Origin: a virus
Taxonomy: Duplodnaviria; Caudoviricetes
Strand: one strand, 5' to 3'
IMG/VR virus record: IMGVR_UViG_2974764813_000001
Location: 1-64,000 of that record
Length of the DNA stretch: 64,000 nt
Of the stretch, positions 26,553 to 36,655 are shown piece after piece. Position 1 is the stretch's first letter. The number at the start of each line of letters is the position of its first letter. The notes beneath the pieces are model-generated. The model ran no database searches. It was not told the origin of the DNA and was given only the letters and a program-made list of their open reading frames with translations. Position numbers and translations under genes: made by a program.

Positions 26553-28942
26553 CCGCACCGGAGCCGAAGTTCCCCATCATCGACCGGCGCGGCCGTACCG
26601 CGTCGGGGCTGCAGGTCGGCAACCTCTCCGCGGAGATGAACCGTCTGCGCCAGGCGGGCGTGAGCCTGCCCAACAACCCGGTGCAGGCCCGCGTCACCGC
26701 CACGCAGATGCAGGAGTTGGCCGCCACGCCGGGCTCGCTGTCGGAGACCACCCGCAAGGTGGCCGCGCAGATGAACCGCTCCCGGATGGCCTCACTGCAG
26801 CGCACCGGAGCAGACACCCAGATCGCCATGCCCCGCATGCGCCAGCCGCTGGGCACCCTCGTCGACAAGGGCGTGCCGATTGACATCGGCAACCCCGACG
26901 AGCTCAAGAAGGCCCGCATGTGGGCGCGGATGTACTACGCCACCCACGACCTGGTGCCCCTGCTCATCGACATCTACGCGCGGTTCCCGCTGACCGGCCT
27001 GGAATTCCAGTCCGACGACTCGAAGATCGAGAAGTTCTTCAGCGAGATGTTCCTCAACGACCTCAACTACGAGGACTTCCTGCCCAACGCCCTGGGCCGG
27101 GAGTACTTCATCGCCGGTGAGGTCACCACCCTGGGCCACTTCGACGAGGAACTCGGCACCTGGGCCTCTGAGGAGGTCCTCGACCCCGACCGCCTGCGGG
27201 TGAGCCGCTCGCTGTTCGTCGACCAGGAGCGCGTGCAACTCATGGTCAAGGACATGGTCGACGCGCTGCGCAACCCGCCCCACACCGGCGGCCGACAGGA
27301 GACCCGCTCCGAGCAACTGGAGCGAACCTGGCAGCTGGAGCAGCTGCAGAAGTACCACCCCGAGATCATTCAGGCCGCCAACAACGACGACGGTCTCGAC
27401 ATCTCCGAGGGCCTGTGGAGCCGCATCGTCAACCGGGCCAACGCCTGGGACGTCTACGGCACCCCACCGCTGATGCGTTCGTTCCGCACCCTGCTGATGG
27501 AGGAGTCGCTCAACGCGGCCCAGGACGCCGTGGCCGACCGGCTGTACGCGCCGTTCATCGTGGCCACCCTCGGCATCGAGAACATGGGCGACGGCGAGCC
27601 GTGGATCCCCTCCATGGACGACCTGCAGGCGCTGCGCGACGACATGCAGGCCGCCCTGATGGGCGACTTCAAGCTCTACACCCACCACATGGGCCTCAAG
27701 ATCGAGAGCGTCTTCGGCCGCGAGTCGGTGCCGCGCTTCGACCAGGACTACGACCGCGTCGACATGAAGCTCATGCAGGCGTGGGGCATCGGCCAGGCCC
27801 TGATCCAGGGCGGCACCGCCGCGGCGGGCACCTACGCCTCCAGCGCGCTCAACCGCGAGGTGTGCGAACTGAACATGAAGGACTTCCAGCGCAAGGCCAC
27901 CGCGCACATCATCAAGCGCGCCGAGGTCATCGCCGAAGCCCAGCAGTTCTACGCCTACGAGAAGAAGGGCGAGCTGCGTATCCCGAAGAAGCGCAAGGTG
28001 CGCCGCTACAACGAGGACACCGGCGAAGTCGAGGTCGTCGAGGTGCCCGAACTGCTGACCCCCAAGGTCATCTTCCGCAGCCTCAACCTGCGCGACGAGC
28101 AGACCGAGCGCCAGTTCATCGCCGACCTCAAGACCGGCGGCGCCCCGGTGTCGGACAAGACCATGGCGCTGAACACCTCCATCGACTTCGACCTGGAGAT
28201 CCAGGCCCAGGCCGAGGAGGGCGTGTCCAAGATGGTCGCCCAGGCCGAGATGATGGCCAAGGCCAAGATGATCATCGACGAGAAGAACCGTCGCCTGCCG
28301 GTCGAGCAGCAGATGCCCTACCCGCCGGACATGATCGACTACCTCAACCAGACGCTGGTGCTGCGCCAGCAGCTGGCCGCGGTACAGATGGCCGAGGGTC
28401 AGGCCGACATGATGGAGCAGCAGAGCCAGGCGATGAGCCCGGCCGGACAGCTCGGCGTGCTGCCGATGGGCGGCATGCTCCCGCCCGGCGGCCCCAACGT
28501 CGCCCCTCCGATGGAGGAGGAGCCCGAGGCGCCGATGAACCGGGCCCGCCCGGAGATCTCCGACGACATGCGCGAAGGCATGCCGCGGGCGGCCAGCCGC
28601 AAGCGCAAGGGCAAGGACAGCAACGTCGAGCCGATCCGCAAGAAGTCGTGGCTGGAGAAGGGGCCGTCGAGCTACGGCCACAAGTTCACTGTCAACGACG
28701 AGCAGATCGAGCGTGCGGTGCGCCGCCGCGAAGTGCTCGCTCGCCACAACTCCCCGCTGGTCAGCGATCTGGTCGAGGATCCGGGCTTCTACCAGATGCT
28801 CAACATGGGCCAGTACGAGAGCCAGATCCGCGCCGACTGGCCGGAGATCCGCAACGGCGGGGCCAAGGACTCCGCTGACCTGCTGCGCGACATGGTCCAG
28901 CAATTCGAGGACATCACAGGGAAGACGGTGCAATGGGACTAG
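26549..28942 (+). CDS. Portal protein
   Basis: Size, position and motifs (YYATHDLVPLLIDIY, YF..GE, GTP.L.R.FR.L) resembling Bxz1-like myophage portals. Confidence 0.75.
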   Translation: MTAPEPKFPIIDRRGRTASGLQVGNLSAEMNRLRQAGVSLPNNPVQARVTATQMQELAATPGSLSETTRKVAAQMNRSRMASLQRTGADTQIAMPRMRQPLGTLVDKGVPIDIGNPDELKKARMWARMYYATHDLVPLLIDIYARFPLTGLEFQSDDSKIEKFFSEMFLNDLNYEDFLPNALGREYFIAGEVTTLGHFDEELGTWASEEVLDPDRLRVSRSLFVDQERVQLMVKDMVDALRNPPHTGGRQETRSEQLERTWQLEQLQKYHPEIIQAANNDDGLDISEGLWSRIVNRANAWDVYGTPPLMRSFRTLLMEESLNAAQDAVADRLYAPFIVATLGIENMGDGEPWIPSMDDLQALRDDMQAALMGDFKLYTHHMGLKIESVFGRESVPRFDQDYDRVDMKLMQAWGIGQALIQGGTAAAGTYASSALNREVCELNMKDFQRKATAHIIKRAEVIAEAQQFYAYEKKGELRIPKKRKVRRYNEDTGEVEVVEVPELLTPKVIFRSLNLRDEQTERQFIADLKTGGAPVSDKTMALNTSIDFDLEIQAQAEEGVSKMVAQAEMMAKAKMIIDEKNRRLPVEQQMPYPPDMIDYLNQTLVLRQQLAAVQMAEGQADMMEQQSQAMSPAGQLGVLPMGGMLPPGGPNVAPPMEEEPEAPMNRARPEISDDMREGMPRAASRKRKGKDSNVEPIRKKSWLEKGPSSYGHKFTVNDEQIERAVRRREVLARHNSPLVSDLVEDPGFYQMLNMGQYESQIRADWPEIRNGGAKDSADLLRDMVQQFEDITGKTVQWD

Positions 28943-29298
28943 GTGACTACAAGGTCGTCGAGACCGTCCAGTACGGGGTGCGGCTGCCCAACGGCACCGT
29001 GTCCTGGGGTGAGCTCGGCGGGCACAACCTCAACACGGCCGAGGGACGCGCCGCCCTGCTCGGTGCTTTGCGAGCCTCTGCGGAGAATCTAGGTTTCTCG
29101 GAGGAGGACCTCCTCCGGCAATATAGGTGGACCACACGCAGAACCACCGTGCTCTCTGTCGAAACGGGTGACCTTCCGATCACCGATCAGTCGGCCTTCG
29201 GCCCGGTGGGCGAGACGGGAGACGACAGTGGCAACGAAAGCTCAGGCGGTAGTGACGGTGGAGCAGTTCGCGAAGGACCTGTGGGGGGCTCTTCGTGA
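28933..29298 (+). CDS. Hypothetical protein
   Basis: Overlaps the portal end; QYGVRLP.G motif. Confidence 0.45.
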   Translation: MGLGDYKVVETVQYGVRLPNGTVSWGELGGHNLNTAEGRAALLGALRASAENLGFSEEDLLRQYRWTTRRTTVLSVETGDLPITDQSAFGPVGETGDDSGNESSGGSDGGAVREGPVGGSS

Positions 29299-29470
29299 AG
29301 AGATCCGCAGCCAGCTGGGTGACTCGATCACTGACGAGCAGTTCGAGGAACAGGTCCCGCCGTGGGACAAGCTCCCCAAGAAAACTCGTGACGAGAAGGT
29401 CAAACTCGCCCGCAACGAAACGCTCAAGCTCATCGACCGCGCCGGGTACGAGGTGCGCAAGAAGATCTAG
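29228..29470 (+). CDS. Hypothetical protein
   Basis: GGAG SD before GTG; PPWDKLP motif. Confidence 0.5.
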   Translation: MATKAQAVVTVEQFAKDLWGALREEIRSQLGDSITDEQFEEQVPPWDKLPKKTRDEKVKLARNETLKLIDRAGYEVRKKI

Positions 29471-29538
29471 TTCGCGCGCAGGGCCTGCGGCGACGGCCAC
29501 CCATCTCACTGTCGTCCGCTCCTGAAAGGGCCCCTGCC

Positions 29539-29805
29539 ATGAATCTCGACATCTGCTACCTGACCCTCCCGGTGGAGAGCGCAGATCAGGCCGCCAGTCT
29601 GGCCACCTATCTCAACAAGCACGGCGTGGAAGCCGTCGCCGAGCTCAACGAGGTCACCTGTCCGATCCACGATCCGGCCGAGGCCGCCCCCATCTACGGG
29701 CTGCGCCGCAACTGGACTCTGTATTGGGAGAACTCCGACGCCGAAATCTTCGGCCTTCCAGTCTTCGTCAAAGACTCGGCCTGCTGCTCGGGGAGCGATC
29801 AGTGA
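29539..29805 (+). CDS. Hypothetical protein
   Basis: ORF coupled to the next gene. Confidence 0.5.
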   Translation: MNLDICYLTLPVESADQAASLATYLNKHGVEAVAELNEVTCPIHDPAEAAPIYGLRRNWTLYWENSDAEIFGLPVFVKDSACCSGSDQ

Positions 29806-30395
29806 GCACCTTCTTCGAGCAACTGGCCGAAGTCGAGCACCTGGTGCGCCTAGCCAACTCGACCACTGGCTCCCGCTACCTCGAGGCTGACGCCGAGCAG
29901 GCCAAGCAGACCGGCGGCATGGTCGCGCTCTACCCGCGCCGCGACATCGCCGAGGCGATGGCCGTGCAGGGCGGCGAGCCGGTCGAGGACATCCACCTCA
30001 CGCTGTGCTACCTCGGCGAGAACGTCACCGACCTGCCGGTCGACGGGGTGGCCGCGGGTATCGGCCATATCGCCGACATGCTCACCGCCGCGGTGCACGC
30101 CCGCGTCATGGGCCACGCCATCTTCAACCCCGACGGCGGGCCGACCGGCGAGATGGATCCCTGCTGTGTGTACCTGGTCAGCGACAGCGACCTGCTGACC
30201 CCGCTGCGCGAAGCGGTGCACGAGGTGTGCGAGGGTGCGCTGCCCGAGATGCCCAAGCAGCACGAGCCGTTCCTGCCGCACATGACCGCGGCCTACGCCA
30301 TGCACCCGCTGGACTTCACCGGCGAGGTCATCTTCGACCGCCTCACCATCGAGTGGGCCGGGCAGACCATCGACTTCCCGCTGCTGGACTCGTGA
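29802..30395 (+). CDS. 2H phosphoesterase (2'-5' RNA ligase/Acb1-like)
   Basis: Two HxT motifs: IHLTLCYLG and FLPHMTAAY. Confidence 0.8.
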   Translation: MSTFFEQLAEVEHLVRLANSTTGSRYLEADAEQAKQTGGMVALYPRRDIAEAMAVQGGEPVEDIHLTLCYLGENVTDLPVDGVAAGIGHIADMLTAAVHARVMGHAIFNPDGGPTGEMDPCCVYLVSDSDLLTPLREAVHEVCEGALPEMPKQHEPFLPHMTAAYAMHPLDFTGEVIFDRLTIEWAGQTIDFPLLDS

Positions 30396-30787
30396 ACGCC
30401 GGAGAGGCCATCGCCTGCGCCGGGATGGCCCACATGGTCGGCGACTACCTGCTGCAGTCGCACTGGATGGCCAACGCCAAGACCAAGCACTGGTGGCCCG
30501 CCATCGCCCACGGCCTGACCTACGGGCTGCCCTTCCTGCTGATCACGCGCTCGCCGCTGGCGCTGGCAGTGATCGTGGTGACCCACATCCTCATCGACCA
30601 CTACCGGCTGGCCCGCTACGTGGTGTGGCTGCGCAACCAGTTCGCCCCGCGGGGCTGGCGGCCGTCGCTGTCCGAGGCAACCGGCACCCCCGCTGAAGCG
30701 CCGGTGTGGCTGGCCACCTGGCTGCTGTTCATCGCCGACAACATCCTGCACGTTCTCATCAACGTCGCCGCCATCCTGTGGTTGTGA
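30392..30787 (+). CDS. DUF3307-family membrane protein
   Basis: HMVGDYLLQS.WMA..K, H...Y, THILIDH, ADN.LH. Confidence 0.75.
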   Translation: MNAGEAIACAGMAHMVGDYLLQSHWMANAKTKHWWPAIAHGLTYGLPFLLITRSPLALAVIVVTHILIDHYRLARYVVWLRNQFAPRGWRPSLSEATGTPAEAPVWLATWLLFIADNILHVLINVAAILWL

Positions 30788-30829
30788 GGTTCCGCGCCCC
30801 TAAGAGGTAGAGACTCTAGGAGGCGCGGC

Positions 30830-33800
30830 ATGCAGGTCCACACGAGCTTTGGCCCTGGCGAGGTTGTCGATACCAGCACCCTGCACGGCAAGACCCAGCT
30901 GCTGGTGGCTGGCAACGGCTTCAAGGTGTGGATCGACCAGCAGAAGGTCGTCCGTACCGCGTCGGATCCGTTCCCCGATGACGGCACCGGCAACAAGCAC
31001 GTCGAGACCGACAACTCGACGACGCTGCCGTACGACCCGGAGCCGCAATACCCGACCGACATGTTCGGGCACGACACCTCGATCCAGCCGGGCGAGCAGG
31101 AGATCGACGCCGACGAGCGCACCTCGCCGTCGGACTCGCTGACCTTCGACGACCGCGCCGAACGCGAGTGGCCCGCCCCCAACCCCGACCTGTTCGCCAA
31201 GGGCGCCTCGCGGCGCTACGCCAACCCGGCCGCCATGCTGGCCGTCGGTGAGGGCGCGGGCACCGCGGGTCTGCTCTCCGAGCTGTCCGACCTCGCCGGT
31301 CTCGGCGGCCATGGCGAAGACAAGCACGACGACGAAGACGACTTCGACGAGGGCGACGACCCTCTGCCCCTGGAGCCGGACCCCGGCCTGGTGGACAAAG
31401 GCATCGACGAGAGCCCGCTGGGCGGCATCCTCGCCCCGCTGCAGCACGTGTTCGGCTCGGCCGACGACGCCTACATCGAGCGCCCCGGCGAGAAGTTCGC
31501 CTTCATCCCACGACCGGTGGACCACTTCAACGACCCGGTGCAGCGCTTCCGCGACGACCCGGTCCGCGAGATCCGGCGCATGGGCTCGGTGCTGCTCGAC
31601 AGCGGCCTGTCCCAGGACATCGTCGAACACGGCATGCTCATCGAGGCCGACCGCGACATGCGCGAAGCGGCCTGGGCCGACGTGCGCAGCAAGGCCAAGC
31701 GCCTGCGCAGCTCCGGCGCCATCGAGGTGCACGACATCGCCCCCGACCGCATCTACGCCAGCGTCAAGGGCGACCACGGCGTCTACGACGTGATGATCAA
31801 GAAGGGCGGCGGCTTCGCGGGCTTCGGCCGCGGGCAGAACGTCAGCGACTACAGCTGCTCGTGCGAGTGGGGCCGCTGGGCGTTCAAGCGCCAGTACAAG
31901 TTCGTCGGCCGCATGTGCTCGCACGCCCTGGCTGCCTACAACGAGATGCAGTCGCAGTACCTCAAGGACAACCCCGACCACTTCCGCAAGCGCCGCACGG
32001 CCGCCGACGGGGTGGAGCGCAAGGAGGTCCGCAACTACAAGGACCCGCTGGCGCACCACTGGGCCGACGAGCTGGACAACGAGCCCGACCACCTGACGCC
32101 GGACCTGGTGTTCCCGCACGACGAGGACGAAGGCGACCGCAGCGAGTTCGTGGACGTCACCGAGGACGACCGCGAGACCACCGGCCCCGACCAGATCGTG
32201 CACTTCGCCCGCCACTTCCTCGCCGACGACGAGAGCGCCTCGTCCGGCATCGGTTCCGGCGCGGGCCTCGGCGGCAGCCTGGGCCTGGGCTCGGGCGGTG
32301 CCGGGGACAGCGGCGGCACGGGCTTGGGCCCCGGCGGGCAGGGGTGGATCCCCACCTGGCCGAGCAGCTCCTCCTCGTCCTCCTCGTCGTCGTCCAGCGG
32401 TGGCGGCGGCCTGGGCTCGGGTGCAGCCGCAGGCGGTGCTCTCGGCACCGGCCTGGGTGCCGGTGTGGCCGCCGACCCGTCGGGCTCGGCCAACGACCTC
32501 GGCAGCGGTGCCGCCGCGGGTGCGGCGCTGGGCGCCGGTATCGGCGCGTCTGACGCGCCGGGAGCCAACAACGCCTACACCGTGCAGTCCGGCGACACCC
32601 TGTGGGACATCGCCGAGCGCACCACCGGCGACGGCAACAACTACCAGCAGATCGCCGACGCCAGCGGCATCGAGAACCCCGATCTGATCATGCCCGGCCA
32701 GGAGCTGACGCTGCCCGGCGGCAACGCCGACCGCGCGCTGCAGATGGGCACGATGGACTCGACGGCGATGCCGACCTCCACCGGCACCGACGACCTGTCG
32801 ATGGGCACCCTCGATCCGACGGCGGGCACGCCGGATGTGTCGATGGGCACCATGGCCGACCCCGCGGCCCAGAGCATCACCGATCCGGGTCTGACGCCGG
32901 AGGGCATGACCAGCTTCTCCGACACCGACGACGAGCTGTCGGGCGGCATCCGGCCGATGGCCTCGCTGCGGTTCCTCTACGCCGACGTCGATGAGAACGG
33001 CGATGTCGCGGCCGACCCGAACGCCGAACCGGGCGCGGCCACCGAGCCCGCCCCGGAGCCCACAACGCCGAGTGCCCAAGAACTGCAGAGCGATCCGGCC
33101 GAGCCGGGCGTGGCGGGCAACGACTCGATGATGGGCGGCGGCCTCGGTGGTTTCGACACGTCGATGATCGGCGACGTCGTGGCCCCGATTGCCCAGGGCA
33201 TCGGCGACTTCGCCGCACCCATCGCCCAGGGCATCGGCACCGGCCTGGGCAGCGCGGTGTCCAACGGCCTGTCGGGCATCTTCTCCAGCGCGCAGGTCCG
33301 CACCGCCGACCTGCTGGAGAAGCTGCGCGATCTGACCGACGAGAAGCAGTCGGATCACTACCAGAACATGGATGCGCGCAACGACGAGATCCGCGACGTC
33401 GTAGAAGAACTGCGCGACTGCGGGATGGACGTGAGCCAGATCGTCGCGCACCTGGCGGCCCGTATTACTGCTGAGACCGAAGGGTTTGCAGGGTCGGGCC
33501 CGGCGCCCAAGCGGCAGTGGGAGACCTCGGAGTCCTACGTGGACGACAACGAGCGTTCGCGCTTCGTCGATGTGACCGAGCTGGAGGGCCCGATCACCAA
33601 GTACAGCGACGACGACGCCCCGCAGCAGCGGGCGGCCGGGATCAGGACCGTCGGCCGCGGACCCGATCCGCGGTTCCAGGCACCTCGGCCCAAGAGGCGC
33701 CAGCAGGCGCCGATGACGCACGAGGCCGGGTTCGGCGACGACGACAACCCGTTCGCCCCTCCCGCAAGTGATCTCGGTGGTGATCCGGTGCGCAGCTTCC

Positions 33801-34024
33801 ACGCGGCGCTGGATTCCGAGGGCGGCGGTGCCCTGGGTGGCGGCGGGGGAGGCGAGGACTACTCCGACGACGCCATCGCCAAGCGTGCGGCCACCATGCT
33901 GCGCACCGCTGGGCGCCAGTACACCCTGGCCCAGCAGCGTGCCCTGGAGGACGAGTCACACCCCCTCGGAGCTCGCAATATGCCGACCGAAGAGGACCTC
34001 GCCGGAACGCATTACGTCTCGTGA
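30830..34024 (+). CDS. Large virion protein with SWIM zinc finger and LysM domain
   Basis: CSCEW...CSH (about 31855-31924); YTVQSGDTLWDIA...NPDLIMPGQELTLP (about 32575-32715); Gly/Ser-rich linkers. Confidence 0.8.
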   Translation: MQVHTSFGPGEVVDTSTLHGKTQLLVAGNGFKVWIDQQKVVRTASDPFPDDGTGNKHVETDNSTTLPYDPEPQYPTDMFGHDTSIQPGEQEIDADERTSPSDSLTFDDRAEREWPAPNPDLFAKGASRRYANPAAMLAVGEGAGTAGLLSELSDLAGLGGHGEDKHDDEDDFDEGDDPLPLEPDPGLVDKGIDESPLGGILAPLQHVFGSADDAYIERPGEKFAFIPRPVDHFNDPVQRFRDDPVREIRRMGSVLLDSGLSQDIVEHGMLIEADRDMREAAWADVRSKAKRLRSSGAIEVHDIAPDRIYASVKGDHGVYDVMIKKGGGFAGFGRGQNVSDYSCSCEWGRWAFKRQYKFVGRMCSHALAAYNEMQSQYLKDNPDHFRKRRTAADGVERKEVRNYKDPLAHHWADELDNEPDHLTPDLVFPHDEDEGDRSEFVDVTEDDRETTGPDQIVHFARHFLADDESASSGIGSGAGLGGSLGLGSGGAGDSGGTGLGPGGQGWIPTWPSSSSSSSSSSSSGGGGLGSGAAAGGALGTGLGAGVAADPSGSANDLGSGAAAGAALGAGIGASDAPGANNAYTVQSGDTLWDIAERTTGDGNNYQQIADASGIENPDLIMPGQELTLPGGNADRALQMGTMDSTAMPTSTGTDDLSMGTLDPTAGTPDVSMGTMADPAAQSITDPGLTPEGMTSFSDTDDELSGGIRPMASLRFLYADVDENGDVAADPNAEPGAATEPAPEPTTPSAQELQSDPAEPGVAGNDSMMGGGLGGFDTSMIGDVVAPIAQGIGDFAAPIAQGIGTGLGSAVSNGLSGIFSSAQVRTADLLEKLRDLTDEKQSDHYQNMDARNDEIRDVVEELRDCGMDVSQIVAHLAARITAETEGFAGSGPAPKRQWETSESYVDDNERSRFVDVTELEGPITKYSDDDAPQQRAAGIRTVGRGPDPRFQAPRPKRRQQAPMTHEAGFGDDDNPFAPPASDLGGDPVRSFHAALDSEGGGALGGGGGGEDYSDDAIAKRAATMLRTAGRQYTLAQQRALEDESHPLGARNMPTEEDLAGTHYVS

Positions 34025-34079
34025 CCTGTAAGCGGGCGCACACCAGCACAGGAATAACCGAGAGATTGGAGTCTGCAAC

Positions 34080-36638
34080 GTGACCAACGCTTTGCGCCGT
34101 GTCGTAACGGGCTCGACCCGTCGTGTTGCAGACTCCGACATCAGCCAGCTGGTCGCGAAGTATCGCAAGACCGGCACCGTGGCCAAGAAGTGGTCGCCCG
34201 AGCCGGGTTTCGTCTACGCACAGGTGCGGGCGATCTCGGCTCGGGTGAACCAGAACTTCGACGCCTGGCCGTCGGGGGAGCTGCAGAAGGCCGCCCACAC
34301 CTTCGTGGGCAAGCCGATCTTCGTCAACCACAAGAACTTCGATGTGAAGAGGGCCCGCGGCAAGGTGGTGGCCGCGCGCTACATCGAGTCCGGTGACGAC
34401 AAGTACATCGAGACCATCATGGAGGTCGACGCCCAGCGTTACCCCAAGCTGGCCAAGGAGATCGTCGACGGCGGCCTCGACAGCGTCTCGATGGGCGTGG
34501 AGGCCGGGTTCACCGTCTGCTCGGCGTGCAACAACCGCGCCACCGACGAGCACGAGTTCTGCGACCACGTGCGCCACCACAAGGGCCAGAAGATCTGGGT
34601 CACCAACCACAAGACGGGCAAACGCGAGCAGAAGCTGGTCTACGAGGACTGCTTCAAGCTCGGATTCTTCGAGCTGTCTTGGGTTTTCGATCCGGCCGAC
34701 GAGACGGCCCTGACGTCTCGGGTGATGGTCGCCAACAACGGCCGAGTGGCCTATGGCGAGACCGAGGTCCCCGAAGACATCGACACGCTTCGCGATGACG
34801 AGAACGACAGCCTCGACGACTACGAGTTCGTCGAGCCGGTCGATCTCACCACCCCGGAGAACCCCTTCCAGCACTACCTGGAGTCCCCGCCGGAACTGTC
34901 CGGCCCGGATTTCGACATGACCAAACGCCTTGACCGCCAACAGGAGGAACAGGGCCTCGATGGCGACCGTCTCGTCGAAGACATCGGCGACGTCGAAGGT
35001 GATCCCGATTCAGTGGACGCCCCACCAAGGAGGAAGACCATGGGCCGTACCCGCACCGATGCACGTCGTCATGCCGCCGACGAGCACGACGCTCTGGAAG
35101 AGCTCGAAGAGATTGTGCACGAAGACCTCGACGGCGACGGCGAGTCCGGCGAGGACGAGGACCACCGCGAAGAGGTCCTCGACGACGACGCCGACGAGAC
35201 CCCCGAAGAGGACTCGGACGATGACTCCGACGACGAGGGCGACGACGCCCCGGAGTGGGTCGAGAAGCGCGAAGCACAGCGTCGCTCTGCAAAGACGCGC
35301 CGCCGCGCAGGAAAGAAGGGACAGACGAAAGGATCTGCGATGACTGCCACTGCTGCCCGCCGCCGCCAGGCCGACACTTCCGGCCACACCGACGGTGGTC
35401 CCTACGGGGAGAACAACCAGGGCGAGCAGGAAGAGGTCTTCATCTCGCAGACCCCCGCGGCCGAGGCTCTGGTGGCCCCGACCGGCGACGAGTCCAAGAT
35501 CAACAACACCGAGAGCAACCTGGTGGCCAGCATCAAGGCCAAGGGCGCCTCACTGCAGCGCGACCTCGACGCCTACCAGCGCCTGCAGGCCGCCAAGCGT
35601 GCGTCCTCGCGTCCCTACCGCCAGACCGCTGACTTCGTGGCCAGCCTGCCGGTGGGCGAACGTGTCGCTGCCGCACAGCGTTTCGCTGCAGTGTTCGCCG
35701 CCGAGAACCCGAAGTTTTCACCCCGCAAGTTCTTCGCCCACGCGGGCATCAACGCCGAGATGATCCGGTCGGCCCAGCGCCGCACGGCCGACGCGGTCGA
35801 GCAGGCCGACAAGGTCAACCCGGAGCTCAGCGGCACCGACGACCAGAGCCTGCGCGGTGACGACTTCGACGACGTCTCGCTCGACGACGTCGAGACCCAG
35901 CCCAAGGACGCCAGCAAGAAGGTCTTCGCGGCCTTCGAGACCTGGGTCCGCACGCAGACCGGCAAGACCGCCGCGCAGCACAACCCGAACTGGCTGCGCC
36001 GCCAGGCAGCTCGCTGGGCCACGAACCAGGGCCTGGATGTCGCCGTTCTGTACCCGACCCTGGGAAATGTCCTGCGCCAAGCCCGAAAGGGTGAAGCAAC
36101 GACAGGAGCTCCCATGAACCGCCGCGCAAACGACACGTCGCTGGATGTTGCAGCACCGGACGGGCGCGTGGACGTGGAGGCCCCTGTGGCCAACGAGACC
36201 GACGCTGACGCGCAAGCCTCTCAGTACGACCTGAAGGACTTCGCGCACAACGCCGGTGACGATCTCGCCGACCCGGAACTCAGTTCGGATTCTCAGATCT
36301 GGGCTCCCGGCGAGGGTGACAAGACAGCAGCCAAGGCTGACGGCGTGGCGGCGGTTCGATATGCCGAAGCTGTCATCAATGCCGGGCTCGCTCCCGCCAC
36401 CGACCGCTGGAAGCTCGCCAAGCAGGCCGAGACCATGCGGCGCCCCGTGGTCGTAGACCGCACCCGCCTGCTGGAGGCAGTGGCAACTGTCAACGCCTCC
36501 AAGACCAGCAAGACCGCCGCGGCAGTTTCGCGGGGTACTGCGCTCCCTCGGGGGCTGACCAATACGCCCCGCGTCGCCGCGACGAATCCCCGCCTGGCAG
36601 CGGCCGATCCGTCTGACGACTCCGCACTCTTCTTCTGA
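34080..36638 (+). CDS. Capsid maturation protease fused to a scaffold-like region
   Basis: FVGKPIFVNH...RGKV, DSVSMG, FFELSWV.DPAD protease motifs; acidic and charged C-terminal region; directly upstream of the capsid genes. Confidence 0.8.
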   Translation: MTNALRRVVTGSTRRVADSDISQLVAKYRKTGTVAKKWSPEPGFVYAQVRAISARVNQNFDAWPSGELQKAAHTFVGKPIFVNHKNFDVKRARGKVVAARYIESGDDKYIETIMEVDAQRYPKLAKEIVDGGLDSVSMGVEAGFTVCSACNNRATDEHEFCDHVRHHKGQKIWVTNHKTGKREQKLVYEDCFKLGFFELSWVFDPADETALTSRVMVANNGRVAYGETEVPEDIDTLRDDENDSLDDYEFVEPVDLTTPENPFQHYLESPPELSGPDFDMTKRLDRQQEEQGLDGDRLVEDIGDVEGDPDSVDAPPRRKTMGRTRTDARRHAADEHDALEELEEIVHEDLDGDGESGEDEDHREEVLDDDADETPEEDSDDDSDDEGDDAPEWVEKREAQRRSAKTRRRAGKKGQTKGSAMTATAARRRQADTSGHTDGGPYGENNQGEQEEVFISQTPAAEALVAPTGDESKINNTESNLVASIKAKGASLQRDLDAYQRLQAAKRASSRPYRQTADFVASLPVGERVAAAQRFAAVFAAENPKFSPRKFFAHAGINAEMIRSAQRRTADAVEQADKVNPELSGTDDQSLRGDDFDDVSLDDVETQPKDASKKVFAAFETWVRTQTGKTAAQHNPNWLRRQAARWATNQGLDVAVLYPTLGNVLRQARKGEATTGAPMNRRANDTSLDVAAPDGRVDVEAPVANETDADAQASQYDLKDFAHNAGDDLADPELSSDSQIWAPGEGDKTAAKADGVAAVRYAEAVINAGLAPATDRWKLAKQAETMRRPVVVDRTRLLEAVATVNASKTSKTAAAVSRGTALPRGLTNTPRVAATNPRLAAADPSDDSALFF

Positions 36639-36655
36639 GACAAGGAGCTACACCT

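Noticed and set aside
30800-33802. 1000-aa minus-strand ORF, and similar ones at 36293-40363, 48453-50663, 51535-54333, 54674-57061 and 26792-28933
   Set aside because: These are antisense shadows of real plus-strand genes, expected in high-GC DNA with biased codons; they show no recognisable motifs.
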